DNA from: Prorocentrum cordatum
Taxonomy: Eukaryota
Direction: 5' to 3'
Assembly (NCBI GenBank): GCA_963575745.1
Contig: CAUYUJ010000183.1
Coordinates: 1 to 64,000 of the forward strand
DNA length: 64,000 bases
Numbering within the stretch: the first letter of the stretch is position 1; every line of letters begins with the position of its first letter. Positions 62,338 to 64,000 of the stretch are shown here, in pieces. The notes under the pieces are model-generated. The model searched no databases. It saw nothing but the letters and a program-made list of their open reading frames with translations, and was not told the DNA's origin. The position numbers were made by a program, and so were the translations under genes.

Positions 62338-64000
62338 GAGATCCCGATTCCTAATTATCTGTGAGGGAGTCCTAAGCGTGAGCGCGACTCCTGGGTGCCT
62401 GAGTGTCGGGAATGCGGCGCCTGAGCAAATTGCGGGAAATTCCAAAGCAAGGGCGCTATTCTTGAGTGAGTTGCAAGCAAGTCTCCAGCGACAGCGCGAC
62501 TCCAGAGCGCCGAGAGAATGATTCCTGAATGAATTGAAAGGAAGTCCCAAGCGAGCGCGCTACTCCTGAGTAAAATGCGAGGAAGTCTCAGGCGGGAGCG
62601 GGGGTCCTGGCAAAATTGCGGGAAAGTCTCAAGCGGGAACCGTTGTTGTTGTAACCCGGGGGCCAACAGCGCAGCTTGAGGACGAAGACTTTCCTTTATA
62701 AAACAGGGTGCGAGCGCAGGCAAGGGCACTTCATTAAAAAAACCAACATGTTTTTTCTTCGGCAAACAAATCCATCTCTCAAGAATCCGCTGCCCCTCGA
62801 CGAGGCTTTCCTGAACTCCGCGCACGACGCACAGAACCTGGCAGAGAGCAAACACCAACGGCCCAGGACACGCAGGGGGAGTCCTGCGCACGTGGCCGAA
62901 ATTCTGCGTGAGAGGCCACGCGGGGAAAGGGAGGGGGGATCAACAACAATTGTTCTTCAGTGTGAGAGTTCGACTCCTCCTCCTCCTCCTCCTCCTCCTC
63001 CTCCTCCTCCTCCTCCTCCTCCTCCCCTACTCCTCCTCCTCCTCATCCCCTCCCTCCTCCTCCCTCCTCCTCCTCCCCTCCTCCTCCTCCTCCTCCTCCT
63101 CCTCCTCCTCCTCCTCCTCCTCCTCCTCCTCCGCCTCCGACGACGACGACGACGACGACGAGGACGACGACGACGACAACGACCACTTCGAGGCAGCACG
63201 CGGGCGCTCCACCACGACCGCACTGGGCGCTGCAGCTTGCGGGAGGAGCACACGGCGCAAACGTGCCGCCGGCGCGCCGAGGTGGCGCGACGCAGCCCCG
63301 CCCTTGCAGGAGAGGGGCGGTGACGACGAGGAGGAGGAGGAGGAGGAGAGAGGAGGGAGGAGGAGGAGAGGAGGAGGAGGAGGAGGAGGAGGAGGAGGAG
63401 GAGGAGGAGGAGGAGGAGGAGGAGGAGGCGGAGGAGAGAGGAGGAGGAGAGAGGAGGAACAGCAGGAGGAGAGAGGAGAGAGGGGCGGTGACTGCCAGCG
63501 CCACTGCCGCGCGGGCGCCAGCGCGCGTGGGGGCGCAAAACAGCGCACCCCCACGCGCGGCGGGGGCGCCTCATCCCCGCCCGCGTGGGCACGAGATGGG
63601 AGAGGAGGAGGACGTCGACGACCGAAAGCAGCCCGCGCGCGCGAAAACACGACTCCCCGACATAGGCCGAACCGCCCTGGAGCCCCAAGCGCTCACGCTC
63701 GAGGGGGGCGGGCTCGTGGACAGAAGAGCGACGGGCGCGAACAGGGGGGATTGGCTGGAGACGGATAGGGACAGGAATGCGACAGCGGAAAGAGGATCGG
63801 CAGAAGGAAACGGCACGGAAACGAGGGCACACGCGCGGAATGGAAGTGCCAGAGAGGCCACGAAGGAGGAGGGCGCAAAGGTGTCCTGCACAGACACGCG
63901 AGCAGAGGGCGAACCCGACGGCGGGGTGGCGGAACGAGGGGCGAAAAAGAAACTCGGAGGGGGGCCACCGGCGAAGGGGCGGGGGGAGCGGGGGGGGAAA

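Overview
GC-rich, repeat-saturated eukaryotic DNA, almost certainly a dinoflagellate nuclear genome. Three copies of the 22-nt dinoflagellate spliced leader (DinoSL, DCCGTAGCCATTTTGGCTCAAG) are embedded in the DNA, and there is a plastid-targeted atpC with a bipartite presequence. Most long ORFs in the track are artefacts of (GGA)n, (GTA)n, (CAT)n and (GGT)n microsatellites. The highlight is a set of spliced-leader-capped retro-insertions. (1) A nearly intact 7.1-kb non-LTR retrotransposon (50695-57784) begins exactly with a perfect DinoSL. It carries a Zn-finger/coiled-coil ORF1 and an APE-RT-zf-RNase H-Zn ORF2 with one homopolymer frameshift, ends in a (CCCTCA)2 tail instead of poly(A), and has a 15-17 bp target-site duplication. 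(2) An intronless chloroplast ATP synthase gamma retrogene (36975-38243, minus) has three stacked SL relics and an equivalent 15-18 bp duplication that also overlaps the SL 5' end. (3) An orphan SL plus relic lies at 18693-18729 with a candidate TSD partner. The shared junction signature suggests that trans-spliced LINEs of this family drive mRNA recycling. The window also holds a Pht1-type phosphate transporter pseudogene, a decayed LINE, a degenerate LSU rRNA fragment, several MITE/foldback families (one with its empty site visible), several minisatellite arrays and a 100-N gap.
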